A program made the translations under genes and the position numbers. Source: Chitinophaga pinensis (GTDB lineage: Bacteria > Bacteroidota > Bacteroidia > SXHM01). From it: 64,000 bases of DNA. A model generated the notes under the pieces. That model ran no database searches, had not been told where the DNA came from, and worked only from the letters and a program-made list of their open reading frames with translations. This document shows positions 35,886 through 45,288 of the stretch, in pieces. Where the stretch lies: NCBI GenBank assembly GCA_945870105.1, contig CAMBRL010000002.1, positions 4,246 to 68,245 on the forward strand. Reading direction: 5' to 3'. Each line of letters opens with the position of its first letter. The stretch's first letter is position 1.

Positions 35886-37097
35886 ATGAATCTTTCTCTC
35901 TTCATCGCCAAACGGTATTTGTTTTCTAAAAAATCGTACAACGCGATTAATATTATTTCGTTGGTTTCTGTTTGCGGAGTTACGTTGGTTACTGCTGCAC
36001 TGGTAGTTATTCTTTCAGTCTTTAATGGCCTGGAAGAAGTGGTGGTTTCGCTTTACAATGCCTTTGAACCCGATATCCGCATTATGCCTGCCGAAGGCAA
36101 AACCATTGACACCAATACATTTCCTAAAGATGCAGTTGTAAAAATTCCCGGTGTTGCCAACTACTGCGAAGTAATAGAAGAGAATGCTTTGTTGAAATAT
36201 AAAGACAAACAATACATCGCACGTATTAAAGGTGTTGACAGTTCATTTATAAAAATGACAGGAGTCGATACCATGATGAGGCGTGGTGAACTTTTGCTGG
36301 AAAGCGGTGAAAATAATTTTGCTGTGCTTGGCTTGGGTGTTGAATATTATTTGTCGGCAAACATCAAGGATTACCTTAATCCAATTGAAGTCTATGTGCC
36401 GAAACGCGGTAAAAAAGGCTCATTAAATCCTGCTGAAGCATTTAATATCAAAAGCATTTTCCCGACAGGAACATTTTCCATACAAATGGAATACGACCAA
36501 AAATATGTGTTGGTGCCTAAACGTTTTGCAGCAAATTTGTTAGATTATGAAAACAAGGTCAGCAACATTGAACTGGCTCTGAAACCTGGAACAGATCTGG
36601 AAGACACAAAAGAAGAGTTAAAAAAAATATTAGGGAATACCTTCAAAGTTAAAGACCGTTTTGAGCAGCATGAACTATTTTACAAAATCCTGAAATCCGA
36701 AAAATGGGCAGTGTATCTTATCCTTACTTTTATTCTGATGATTGCCATCTTCAACATCACCGGTTCATTGATGATGTTGATTCTGGACAAGAAAAAAGAC
36801 ATCGGAATTTTGCGCAACATGGGAGCGGAAACATCCCTACTTAGAAGAATTTTCATCAATGAAGGAATGATGATTTCCATGTCGGGGGCGGTTATCGGGT
36901 TGTTGCTGGGTTTTATTATTTGTGCAGCTCAACAATATTTTGGCTTGATAAAACTGGAAGGCAGCGGGTCATTTGTGGTAGAAGCATATCCTGTAAGAAT
37001 GCAGGCAACTGATTTTATTTATATTTTTTTAACTGTGTTTGGAATTGGTTTGCTGGCTTCATGGCTTCCTGTTTCAAAAGTTTTGAAGAAAACATGA
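35886..37097 (+). CDS. FtsX-like ABC transporter permease (LolC/E-type)
   Basis: MNLSLFIAKRYLFSKK..., 4 TM helices, large periplasmic loop, 403 aa. Confidence 0.88.
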   Translation: MNLSLFIAKRYLFSKKSYNAINIISLVSVCGVTLVTAALVVILSVFNGLEEVVVSLYNAFEPDIRIMPAEGKTIDTNTFPKDAVVKIPGVANYCEVIEENALLKYKDKQYIARIKGVDSSFIKMTGVDTMMRRGELLLESGENNFAVLGLGVEYYLSANIKDYLNPIEVYVPKRGKKGSLNPAEAFNIKSIFPTGTFSIQMEYDQKYVLVPKRFAANLLDYENKVSNIELALKPGTDLEDTKEELKKILGNTFKVKDRFEQHELFYKILKSEKWAVYLILTFILMIAIFNITGSLMMLILDKKKDIGILRNMGAETSLLRRIFINEGMMISMSGAVIGLLLGFIICAAQQYFGLIKLEGSGSFVVEAYPVRMQATDFIYIFLTVFGIGLLASWLPVSKVLKKT

Positions 37098-37972
37098 GTG
37101 CAAAAAAGTTCACCACTAAGGCACTAAGTACGCTGAGGCTCACTGAGAATAATTTCTCCGTGAAACTCTGTGCTTCTCTGTGTTCTCTGTGTTTATTTTT
37201 TTTACCTGTTTCATCACAAGTTCTACAAGACTGGGATTTTTATTTCACCAACATTGACGACAAACCGGCTTCAGTAGGTTTAAATCTGTCATTACACGAC
37301 ACGGCACGGCTTACAGATAAAACTTATTGCTTGTGGATTATTATTCCATTTCAGCAAAGTGATTCGCTTGGTTTTCCTTTGGAAAAAGAAAACGAGACAC
37401 TAAATAAATTAGAAGACGAACTGGAAAATTTTCTTCAAACAAAATCACAAACAATTTATGCAGGAAGAACAACAGGGAAAGGTGAACGCTATTTTTATTT
37501 CTATTCCAAAAGCCTTGACAGTATTGATGTATTTATTGAAGACTTTTTCAAAAACTATTTACAATACAAATACAAACTTGGTCAGCGTTATGATGAAAAC
37601 TGGACACTCTATTTTGAATTTTTATATCCTTCTCCGCTGGATTTACAATTAATTTACAATCATCGCATCGTTGAAGCGCTGACTGAAAATGGCGACAACG
37701 CTGATCTTCCTCATCATATCGACCACTGGCTGAACTTTGAAAAGAAGAAGGATTTAAACGATTTTATTAAAGCCCTGACCGGGAAAAATTTCACTATCGA
37801 AAAAGATACCGTTGATAAAGTCAATAATATATATCCATACACTTTGCAGGTTTCAGAAGAAAATAAAACCGACCTTGAAACGATTGACAACTCGGTGCTT
37901 CAGCTTTTTGAACTTGCCAAAAAACACAATGGAATATATGGCGGGTGGGAAACTTTTGTGGTTACTGAATAA
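37094..37972 (+). CDS. DUF695 plus RraB-like (regulator of ribonuclease activity B family) protein; the N-terminal ~40 aa is repeat-derived and the start is uncertain
   Basis: DWDFYFTNIDDKPASVGLNL is the DUF695 signature. The C-terminal half is ..HHIDHWLNFEKKKDLNDFIKAL. ATG 37094 overlaps the upstream stop (ATGA). Confidence 0.7.
   Translation: MSAKKFTTKALSTLRLTENNFSVKLCASLCSLCLFFLPVSSQVLQDWDFYFTNIDDKPASVGLNLSLHDTARLTDKTYCLWIIIPFQQSDSLGFPLEKENETLNKLEDELENFLQTKSQTIYAGRTTGKGERYFYFYSKSLDSIDVFIEDFFKNYLQYKYKLGQRYDENWTLYFEFLYPSPLDLQLIYNHRIVEALTENGDNADLPHHIDHWLNFEKKKDLNDFIKALTGKNFTIEKDTVDKVNNIYPYTLQVSEENKTDLETIDNSVLQLFELAKKHNGIYGGWETFVVTE
37111..37191. repeat. Family F4 repeat (ACCACTAAGGCACTAAGTACGCTGAGGCTCACTGA ... 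CTCTGTGCTTCTCTGTGTTCTCTGTG) inside the 5' end of CDS 37094..37972
   Basis: About 80 percent identical (by eye) over ~35 nt to the intergenic copy at 59341..59404. Confidence 0.6.
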
Positions 37973-38010
37973 TATTTTTCGCATCACATCATAGCGAATT
38001 CAAAATAATA

Positions 38011-38018
38011 TACTTTTG
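38011..38018 (+). promoter_or_regulatory. -7 box TACTTTTG for gcvH
   Basis: TAnnTTTG match 17 nt upstream of the ATG at 38036. Confidence 0.5.
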
Positions 38019-38035
38019 GCAAAAATTAATTTACA

Positions 38036-38416
38036 ATGAACGTTCCTGCAAATCTTAAATACACCAAAGACCACGAGTGGGTTTTAGTAGAAGGCGATAC
38101 CGCCACAATAGGCATCACTGACTTCGCGCAAAGCGAATTGGGCGATATTGTTTTTGTTGACATCAACACTGTAGGCGATAACGTTGCCAAAGAAGCCGTT
38201 TTCGGAACAGTAGAAGCGGTGAAAACCGTTTCAGATTTGTTTATGCCTCTTTCAGGCGAAGTTTTGGAAATGAATTCAGGTGTTGAAACAAATCCTGAAA
38301 CCGTTAACAAAGATCCTTACGGAGCGGGTTGGATGATAAAAGTAAAATTATCCAACACTGCTGAAGTTGCTTCTCTTCTTTCTGCTGACGATTACAAAAA
38401 ACTTATCGGAGCTTAA
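38036..38416 (+). CDS. gcvH: Glycine cleavage system H protein
   Basis: [10 protein letters not shown]..., lipoyl-Lys context [10 protein letters not shown]. Confidence 0.96.
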   Translation: MNVPANLKYTKDHEWVLVEGDTATIGITDFAQSELGDIVFVDINTVGDNVAKEAVFGTVEAVKTVSDLFMPLSGEVLEMNSGVETNPETVNKDPYGAGWMIKVKLSNTAEVASLLSADDYKKLIGA

Positions 38417-38421
38417 TTCAA

Positions 38422-38796
38422 TTGAAGTATCTGGCACCTGCATTTTTATGGGCGCTGGTAATACTTTGGCTGTGCGCTATTCCCGGACAGGATATCCCCA
38501 ACTGGAAGTTGTTGAGTTTTGATAAAGCAGGTCACGCTTTTATCTTTTTTACACTAACTATTCTGTTGTTTTGGGGATTCTTTAAACAGAAACCTGACAG
38601 CTTCTTTCAAAGATATTTTCTACCAGCTTCCATTCTGATTGCAGTCATTTATGGCGGAGCAACAGAACTGATGCAGCAATTCTGGTTTGAAAACCGCAAA
38701 GCCGACATATTAGATTTTTTTGCCAACTCAATTGGTGCATTCGCTGCTCTTGCTGTTTATTTCTTTTTGCTGAAGAAAAAACTCTTCAGACATTAA
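38422..38796 (+). CDS. VanZ family membrane protein
   Basis: 124 aa, 4 TM helices, DKAGHAFIFF motif; TTG start. Confidence 0.8.
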   Translation: MKYLAPAFLWALVILWLCAIPGQDIPNWKLLSFDKAGHAFIFFTLTILLFWGFFKQKPDSFFQRYFLPASILIAVIYGGATELMQQFWFENRKADILDFFANSIGAFAALAVYFFLLKKKLFRH

Positions 38797-38843
38797 CACA
38801 ATTTTCATTTTCAATTAGGGTTTTTGAACTAATTTAGCCGTCC

Positions 38844-39599
38844 ATGTCCGACAGCATTGTCATCATACCAACATACAACGAAAAAGAAAACATTGATGCG
38901 ATGATTCGCAAAGTGTTTTCATTGGCAAAAGATTTTCATTTGCTGATTGTTGATGACGGCTCACCGGATGGAACAGCAGGAATAGTAAAGTCATTACAAA
39001 AAGAATTTTCTGGAAAATTATTTTTGGAAGAGCGCAGCGGAAAACTTGGTTTAGGAACAGCATACATACACGGTTTCAAATGGGGATTACAACGGCAATA
39101 CCAATACTTTTTTGAAATGGATGCCGACTTCTCTCACAATCCTGAAGATTTACTGAAACTCTACAATGCTTGTGAAAAAGGTGGTGCTGATTTAGCAATC
39201 GGTTCACGCTACATTACGGGAGTTAATGTGGTGAACTGGCCAATGGGTCGGGTGCTGATGTCCTACTACGCATCTGCTTATGTACGTTTTATCACTGGCA
39301 TGAAAATACGTGACACTACTGCCGGTTTTAAATGTTACAAACGCGAAGTGTTGGAAACAATTCCCTTAGATAAAATCAAGTTTTTCGGATACGCCTTTCA
39401 GATAGAAATGAAGTTCACTGCATGGAAATTCGGTTTCAATATTATTGAAGTTCCTATCATTTTCACCGACCGCACACACGGTGAATCCAAGATGAGCAGC
39501 GGCATTTTCAGAGAAGCATTTTTTGGTGTGTTGGAGATAAAATGGAAAAGTTTATTTCGCAGTTACAATAGGATAAAACACAGAACTACAGAAAAGTGA
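38844..39599 (+). CDS. GT2 polyprenol-phosphate mannosyltransferase (Dpm1-like)
   Basis: IVIIPTYNEKENI, LLIVDDGSPDGT, FEMDADFSH. Confidence 0.88.
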   Translation: MSDSIVIIPTYNEKENIDAMIRKVFSLAKDFHLLIVDDGSPDGTAGIVKSLQKEFSGKLFLEERSGKLGLGTAYIHGFKWGLQRQYQYFFEMDADFSHNPEDLLKLYNACEKGGADLAIGSRYITGVNVVNWPMGRVLMSYYASAYVRFITGMKIRDTTAGFKCYKREVLETIPLDKIKFFGYAFQIEMKFTAWKFGFNIIEVPIIFTDRTHGESKMSSGIFREAFFGVLEIKWKSLFRSYNRIKHRTTEK

Positions 39600-40927
39600 A
39601 CTACATCATCCGCAACGCGAACATTGTAAACGAAGGGAAAATTATCTCTTCTGATGTTTTACTCGAAAATGGAATTATTTCCAAAATTGGCAGTGGATTT
39701 AAAGCAGAAAATGCAACAGAAATAAATGCAGAAGGAAAATATCTTTTGCCTGGAGTAATTGACGACCAGGTACATTTTCGTGAGCCGGGATTAACGCACA
39801 AAGGAGAGATTTATACCGAAGCAAAAGCGGCTGTAGCAGGCGGAATTACTTCCTACATGGAAATGCCTAATACAGTCCCCAACGCGCTGACACAAGATCT
39901 ACTGGAACAAAAATATCAAAGGGCTTCAGAGGTTTCACTGGCGAATTATTCGTTTTTCATGGGTGCTTCAAACGACAATATTGAAGAAGTACTGAAGACC
40001 GATGAAAAAAATGTGTGCGGAATAAAAATCTTCATGGGCTCTTCCACCGGAAATATGCTGGTGGACAATGAAAAAACACTGGAGGGAATCTTTTCGCGCT
40101 CGCCTATGTTGATTGCAACGCACTGTGAAGATGAGGCAACCATAAGACACAACACCGAACTTTATAAACAGAAATACGGAGAAGATATTCCGATTGAAGC
40201 TCATCCGTTAATCAGAGATGTGGAAGCCTGTTACAAAAGTTCTTCGCTGGCGTTTTCGTTGGCAAAAAAACACAATACACGTTTACACATTTTGCATATT
40301 TCAACAGCAAAAGAATGTGGATTATTTGACAATAAAACACCACTGAAACAAAAACGAATAACTGCAGAGGCCTGCATTCATCACCTTTGGTTTGACGACA
40401 GTTATTACAAAACAAAAGGTAATTTGTTGAAATGGAATCCGGCTGTGAAAGCGGCAAGCGACAGAGATGAAATTCTGAGAGCTGTGCTGGATAACCGCAT
40501 TGATATTATTGCCACCGACCACGCACCGCATACGTGGGAAGAAAAACAAAACAAGTATCTGAAAGCACCTTCGGGCGGGCCATTGGTGCAACATGCGTTG
40601 CCTGCTATGCTTGAATTTTACAAGCAAGGTAAAATCTCGCTTGAAAAAATTGCAGAGAAAATGAGTCATGCTGTAGCTGATTGTTTTCAGATTAATAACA
40701 GAGGATATATCCGTGAAGGATACTTTGCAGATTTGGTTTTAGTTGACTTGGAAAAGCCGTGGACAGTGACGAAAGAAAATATTTTATACAAATGCGGATG
40801 GAGCATTTTTGAAGGACAACAATTTTCATCAGGCATTACACACACTTTTGTAAATGGGCATCTCGCCTATGAAAACGGCAGGTTTGATGAAAGCACAAAA
40901 GGCAAAAGAATGACATTTAACAGATGA
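39596..40927 (+). CDS. pyrC: Dihydroorotase (long, allantoinase-like type)
   Basis: LPGVIDDQVHFREPG, ATDHAPH; GTG start overlapping the upstream stop (GTGA). Confidence 0.9.
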   Translation: MNYIIRNANIVNEGKIISSDVLLENGIISKIGSGFKAENATEINAEGKYLLPGVIDDQVHFREPGLTHKGEIYTEAKAAVAGGITSYMEMPNTVPNALTQDLLEQKYQRASEVSLANYSFFMGASNDNIEEVLKTDEKNVCGIKIFMGSSTGNMLVDNEKTLEGIFSRSPMLIATHCEDEATIRHNTELYKQKYGEDIPIEAHPLIRDVEACYKSSSLAFSLAKKHNTRLHILHISTAKECGLFDNKTPLKQKRITAEACIHHLWFDDSYYKTKGNLLKWNPAVKAASDRDEILRAVLDNRIDIIATDHAPHTWEEKQNKYLKAPSGGPLVQHALPAMLEFYKQGKISLEKIAEKMSHAVADCFQINNRGYIREGYFADLVLVDLEKPWTVTKENILYKCGWSIFEGQQFSSGITHTFVNGHLAYENGRFDESTKGKRMTFNR

Positions 40928-41277
40928 AGAAACTGATTTTAATTGCGTTTGTATTTCTTGTCTTTTCATGCAAACAAAAAGGAGTTGAAACACCAGGACA
41001 TATTCTTAAGAAAAAAGAGCTGGTTAATGTGCAGGTAGATTTATATTTAGTGGAAGCTGCTCACAACATGAATGTGCTGAAGCCTGACAGTGCTGATACC
41101 GAATACAAAGCACTGTTTGAGACAGTGATGAAAAAACACAACATCACTAAAGAAGATTACGAAAGTTCATTACGCTATTACGCGATTGATAACGAATCGC
41201 TGAATGAGATTTATGACAGTGTACTGGTGAAACTGACGCATCTGGAGAATACGGTCACTTATTCAAAAGACCAATAA
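40924..41277 (+). CDS. DUF4296 family lipoprotein
   Basis: Lipobox LVFSCKQK, then ILKKKELVNVQVDLYLVEAA. Position after pyrC is typical. Confidence 0.75.
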   Translation: MKKLILIAFVFLVFSCKQKGVETPGHILKKKELVNVQVDLYLVEAAHNMNVLKPDSADTEYKALFETVMKKHNITKEDYESSLRYYAIDNESLNEIYDSVLVKLTHLENTVTYSKDQ

Positions 41278-41283
41278 TTCTCA

Positions 41284-42267
41284 TTAAAATTTACAGGCAT
41301 TCTCCACCGCCTCTTTCACCGGAATAAAATTCCAATTCAATCTTTCTTTTACTTTTTTATTGCTGTAAACATTGCGCTGCTGTCCGGTCATTGCTGTTTC
41401 GCGGGTGATGAAAGGATTTGAATTGGTAAGCAATCCTGCGAACCAAGCCGCTCTCCATGCTAAGGCAGACATCAGCGCTGTTGCACGAATAGCAGGTGCC
41501 GGCTTATTCAATGCAGTAGCAATTAATTCAAATACTTTTTTGTAGTCGAGGTTTTCTGCGGCAAGAATAAAGCGCTCGTTTTTGATTTCACTTTGCATTA
41601 AGGCAATCATCAGTTTTGCCACATCGCGCACATCAATAAATGCATTGGCGCCACCGGTATAAAACTTTAAACCATTGCGAACACTTTGTATCATTCTGCC
41701 GCTGCTTTTGGTCAAATCTCCCGGGCCGATAATGATGCAGGGATTTACAATCACAGCATTCAAACCCTCTTCTGTTGCGCGCCATACTTCGCGCTCGGCA
41801 GCATATTTACTAATTGCATAAGCAGAATTTTTATCAGAGATTTTCCAGAACGTTTCTTCTGAAATTATTTTGTCGTTGTCTGCTCTGCCAAGCGCAGCGG
41901 TGGAACTTACATGACATACTTTCTTTACACCCTTTTCCATTGCAGCATTCACCACATTGGCTGTGCCTTCTGCATTTACTTTCATCAAGGTTTCTTCATC
42001 ATTTGCAGAAAACGAAACCATTGCCGCGCAATGATAAACCTGCTCCACTCCTTCCATGACATCCAACAAAGAAAAGTAATCGCATATATCGCCTTCTACC
42101 CAAACGGATTTGTCAGGAGCAGCCAAATTGTAGTGCGCAAAAATTTTGTCAACCAATGAAACAGAAGAGCCTGCCCGTTTCAGCGCACGCACCTGCTTTC
42201 CGTTTTGGAGCAACTCCAGCAAAAGATGCGAACCTACTAATCCTGTTGCGCCTGTTATTAATATCAT
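41284..42267 (-). CDS. NAD-dependent epimerase/dehydratase (extended SDR)
   Basis: MILITGATGLVGSHL, YAISKYAAE (YxxxK). Confidence 0.85.
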   Translation of the reverse strand: MILITGATGLVGSHLLLELLQNGKQVRALKRAGSSVSLVDKIFAHYNLAAPDKSVWVEGDICDYFSLLDVMEGVEQVYHCAAMVSFSANDEETLMKVNAEGTANVVNAAMEKGVKKVCHVSSTAALGRADNDKIISEETFWKISDKNSAYAISKYAAEREVWRATEEGLNAVIVNPCIIIGPGDLTKSSGRMIQSVRNGLKFYTGGANAFIDVRDVAKLMIALMQSEIKNERFILAAENLDYKKVFELIATALNKPAPAIRATALMSALAWRAAWFAGLLTNSNPFITRETAMTGQQRNVYSNKKVKERLNWNFIPVKEAVENACKF

Positions 42268-42321
42268 GGCTTAAAAGTATTGAATTGAACATTAATGCTG
42301 ATGTTTGCGTATCACTTAATC

Positions 42322-44130
42322 ATGAAAAAACTCTACTACTCCATTCTGCTGCTGTGTTTGAGCATTTCTTCAAGCGCACAAATTATTCCCGAAGCCAACC
42401 TTGTTGACTGGTCAGATGCAGGTTATCCGGGAGAATTCCCTGACCCGACAACCGTTGTCAGCGTTATGGATCATGGCGCTGTTGGTGATGGAGTAGCGGA
42501 TGATAGACCCGCAATTCTTGCAGCCATTGCTGCATTGAGTAGCCAACCCGGTGTAGTTCTTTTTCCTGCGGGCAGCTATAAAATTTCTTCCACCGTAAGC
42601 CTTCCTTCCGGAGTTGTTTTGCGGGGCGAAGGTGTAACAGCTACCTTCATCAAACTAAATATGGGTGGCTCTGCCATCAATGGTTTTCAGACTTCGGGGA
42701 GCATAACCGCCACGGAAGTTCCTGTTGTTTCGGGCAACACAAAAGGTTCAACGCAATTAGTAATTGACGGTGCTTACGAAAACTTTTTTGCAGAAGGTGA
42801 TTACGTTGAACTGCGCCAAACCAACGGAACCTGGGACACCAACCCCGCAACATGGGCAACCTACTCGGTAGGACAAGTTGCAAAAATTACAGTCGTTTCA
42901 GGAACAACACTTACGCTCAACCAACAACTACGCATTGATTACGATGCACTGCTAAATCCGCACGTGCGAAAAATGACTCCAACGCAAAATGTTGGAATTG
43001 AGTGCATGAATATTCAGCGCGTTGATGAACCGGTGAGTGGCGCGGGCTACAACATTTTATTCAGCAATTCGGCCAACTGTTGGGTAAAAGGAATTGAAAG
43101 CAACAAAAGCGTAGGCAGCCATGTGATGATTGAAAACAGCACCAACATTGAGGTGCGCAGCAGTTATTTTCACGATGCGTTTACTTACGATGGCAGCGGA
43201 ACCCGTGGCTACGGTGTTACCATCAACAACCACAGCGGATTGTGCCTGATTGAAAACAACGCCTTCAAACACCTGCGCCACGCCATGATGGTGAAACACG
43301 GGGCAAACGGAAATGTGTTCGGCTACAATTATTCGCTTGACCCTTTTCGCAGCGAAACACCGGCAAATGCAGGCGGTGATATTTCGGTGCACGGTCATTT
43401 TCCCTATGCCAATTTGTTTGAAGGCAACATCATTCAAAACTATATGATTGACCACTACTGGGGGCCTGCCGGACCATACAACACGTTTTTCCGCAACCGC
43501 ACCGAGCTTTACGGAATTATAATGACCAACTCCAACGGCTACGACAGCAACCTGCAGAATTTTGTGGGCAACGATGCACCCAACACCGGCTTGTTCATGG
43601 GCAATTATGTAATTACCGGAACTGGACACATTCAGCACGGAAACAATATTCGCGGAACGGTTACCCCATCGGGAACCGGAACGGTGAATGATGTTTCTTT
43701 CTACCTCAGCTCTGCTCCCGACTTCTGGACTAACTCCGGAAACTGGCCAACAATAGGCTACCCAAATTCAGGAAACACAGGAAGCATTCCCTCAAAAGTT
43801 CGCTACGATGCGGGTGGCGATATCACACTTTGTAACGATGATTTTGTAACCACTGTTGCCGGAAATTCTTCTTCCGAAAAAATTATCATTGCCTTTCCAA
43901 ATCCGTTTTCAGATGGATTATCACTTTCCTATTTCTCTGAAAAAGCGGAAAACATTTTCATTTCGTTGCAAGATGTTTCGGGGAAAAGTGTTTTTCAAAA
44001 AAATGTGAGTGTTGTAAAAGGCGAAAACACTATTCGCGTTTTTGAAAACACTGCATTAAGCAGCGGTATCTATTTTCTGAAACTGCAAACAGGTGAAAAT
44101 ATCCTCAACCTGAAGGTTGCAAAGAGGTAA
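42322..44130 (+). CDS. T9SS-secreted right-handed beta-helix protein (pectate-lyase-3 / glycosidase-like N-terminus)
   Basis: Trimmed to MKKLYYSILLLCLSISSSAQ. VMDHGAVGDGVADDRPAILAAI..VLFPAGSYKISSTV. CTD FPNPFSDGLSLSY..GIYFLKLQ. Confidence 0.8.
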   Translation: MKKLYYSILLLCLSISSSAQIIPEANLVDWSDAGYPGEFPDPTTVVSVMDHGAVGDGVADDRPAILAAIAALSSQPGVVLFPAGSYKISSTVSLPSGVVLRGEGVTATFIKLNMGGSAINGFQTSGSITATEVPVVSGNTKGSTQLVIDGAYENFFAEGDYVELRQTNGTWDTNPATWATYSVGQVAKITVVSGTTLTLNQQLRIDYDALLNPHVRKMTPTQNVGIECMNIQRVDEPVSGAGYNILFSNSANCWVKGIESNKSVGSHVMIENSTNIEVRSSYFHDAFTYDGSGTRGYGVTINNHSGLCLIENNAFKHLRHAMMVKHGANGNVFGYNYSLDPFRSETPANAGGDISVHGHFPYANLFEGNIIQNYMIDHYWGPAGPYNTFFRNRTELYGIIMTNSNGYDSNLQNFVGNDAPNTGLFMGNYVITGTGHIQHGNNIRGTVTPSGTGTVNDVSFYLSSAPDFWTNSGNWPTIGYPNSGNTGSIPSKVRYDAGGDITLCNDDFVTTVAGNSSSEKIIIAFPNPFSDGLSLSYFSEKAENIFISLQDVSGKSVFQKNVSVVKGENTIRVFENTALSSGIYFLKLQTGENILNLKVAKR

Positions 44131-44142
44131 GCCACAATCTAT

Positions 44143-44373
44143 AACTACGAAGCTATAACTTAGCTGAACGAAACCGAAGTTCAGCAAGGAGAAGTTGTGG
44201 CGTAGCTGTGCGAAGCTATAATCAAGTGCACCGAAGAGAGCATCAACAAGAGCGAAACCAAGTTGTAAGTGTGCGAACCTAAACTGTATTAGTGCGAAGA
44301 CAAAACCTAGCCGGGGGAAGACACAATCAAGGCGGGGGAAGCTACGTTCAAGCAGTGCGAAGCCATTTTGTAG
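44143..44373. repeat. Minisatellite array 3: 11 units of exactly 21 bp (NNGTGCGAAGNNNNNNNNYAAG-like)
   Basis: Hand-cut units all 21 nt, with (C/G)GAAG at unit positions 6-10 and YA(A/G) at the end. Starts 13 nt after the stop of CDS 42322..44130. Unit 2 contains an F1-like GCTGAAC..GTTCAGC stem. Confidence 0.85.
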
Positions 44374-44408
44374 AACAAATTTGTTACTTCGCACTTATAA
44401 AGTGCGAG
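44374..44408. repeat. Perfect 12-nt palindrome AACAAATTTGTT followed by an inverted array-3 unit forming a hairpin (TCGCACTT-ATA-AAGTGCGA)
   Basis: Read directly from the sequence. It closes array 3 on the side facing the convergent enoyl-CoA hydratase gene. Confidence 0.6.
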
Positions 44409-44487
44409 TTCCGTCCGATAATTTATACCATCAGTCGATGAAACATTCTACAACCCTTACTGGATAAGGGTTTCGGAAGATTAGGAT

Positions 44488-45267
44488 TTACTTTCCGGTG
44501 AAGTTTGCTTTGCGTTTTTCCAGAAAAGCAGATGTTCCTTCTTTGAAATCTTCGGTTTCGCAGCAAGCGCCAAACTGGTCGTATTCAAAACGGAAGCCAT
44601 CGTTGCCCGGCTCAAAGTATTTGTTTACGCAATCAATTACCCGTGAAATGGCAAAAGGCGATTTGCTCATTATTTTTTTTAGCAATTCTATTGTTTTCGG
44701 CAATAAATCATCTGAAGTTGTAACGTAGTTTACCATCCCTAATTGCAGGGCTTCCTGTGCACCAATCATGTCGGCAGTCATCATCAGTTCCATTGCTTTG
44801 CCTTTGCCAATGAGTTGTATCAGGCGTTGTGTACCGCCATAGCCGGGTATTAAACCAAGGTTTACTTCGGGCTGACCAAACTTTGCGTTTTCTGACGCTA
44901 AACGAAAATGACAAGCCATTGCCATCTCGCAACCGCCACCCAATGCAAAACCGTTTACGGCAGCCACAATGGGTTTAGGGCAATTCTCAATCTGGAATAA
45001 AACATTCTGTCCCACCTTGGCAAGGTTGCTGCCCGATGTTTTGTCCATTCCCTGAAAACCGCTGATGTCGGCACCTGCCACAAACGCCTTGTTGCCCGAG
45101 CCGGTGATGATAGCCGCTTTAACCGAATCGTCCTTCACTACATCGTGCATCACATCCTGAATTTCACTTAACGTTTGTCCGTTAAGTGCGTTCAGTTTAT
45201 CAGGGCGGTTAATGGTAATGATCAGAATTCCTTCTCTGTTTTCGGTAAGTAAGTTTTGGTATGCCAT
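44488..45267 (-). CDS. Enoyl-CoA hydratase/isomerase family protein
   Basis: ITINRPDKLNAL, FVAGADI, GGGCEMAMACH. Confidence 0.9.
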   Translation of the reverse strand: MAYQNLLTENREGILIITINRPDKLNALNGQTLSEIQDVMHDVVKDDSVKAAIITGSGNKAFVAGADISGFQGMDKTSGSNLAKVGQNVLFQIENCPKPIVAAVNGFALGGGCEMAMACHFRLASENAKFGQPEVNLGLIPGYGGTQRLIQLIGKGKAMELMMTADMIGAQEALQLGMVNYVTTSDDLLPKTIELLKKIMSKSPFAISRVIDCVNKYFEPGNDGFRFEYDQFGACCETEDFKEGTSAFLEKRKANFTGK

Positions 45268-45288
45268 GGTTTGGTGTAAGTGTTTTTA

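Noticed and set aside
44056-44394. 112-aa minus-strand ORF with F..L... heptads across array 3.
   Set aside because: It overlaps the 3' end of the beta-helix gene and is generated by the 21-bp repeat. There is no start context.
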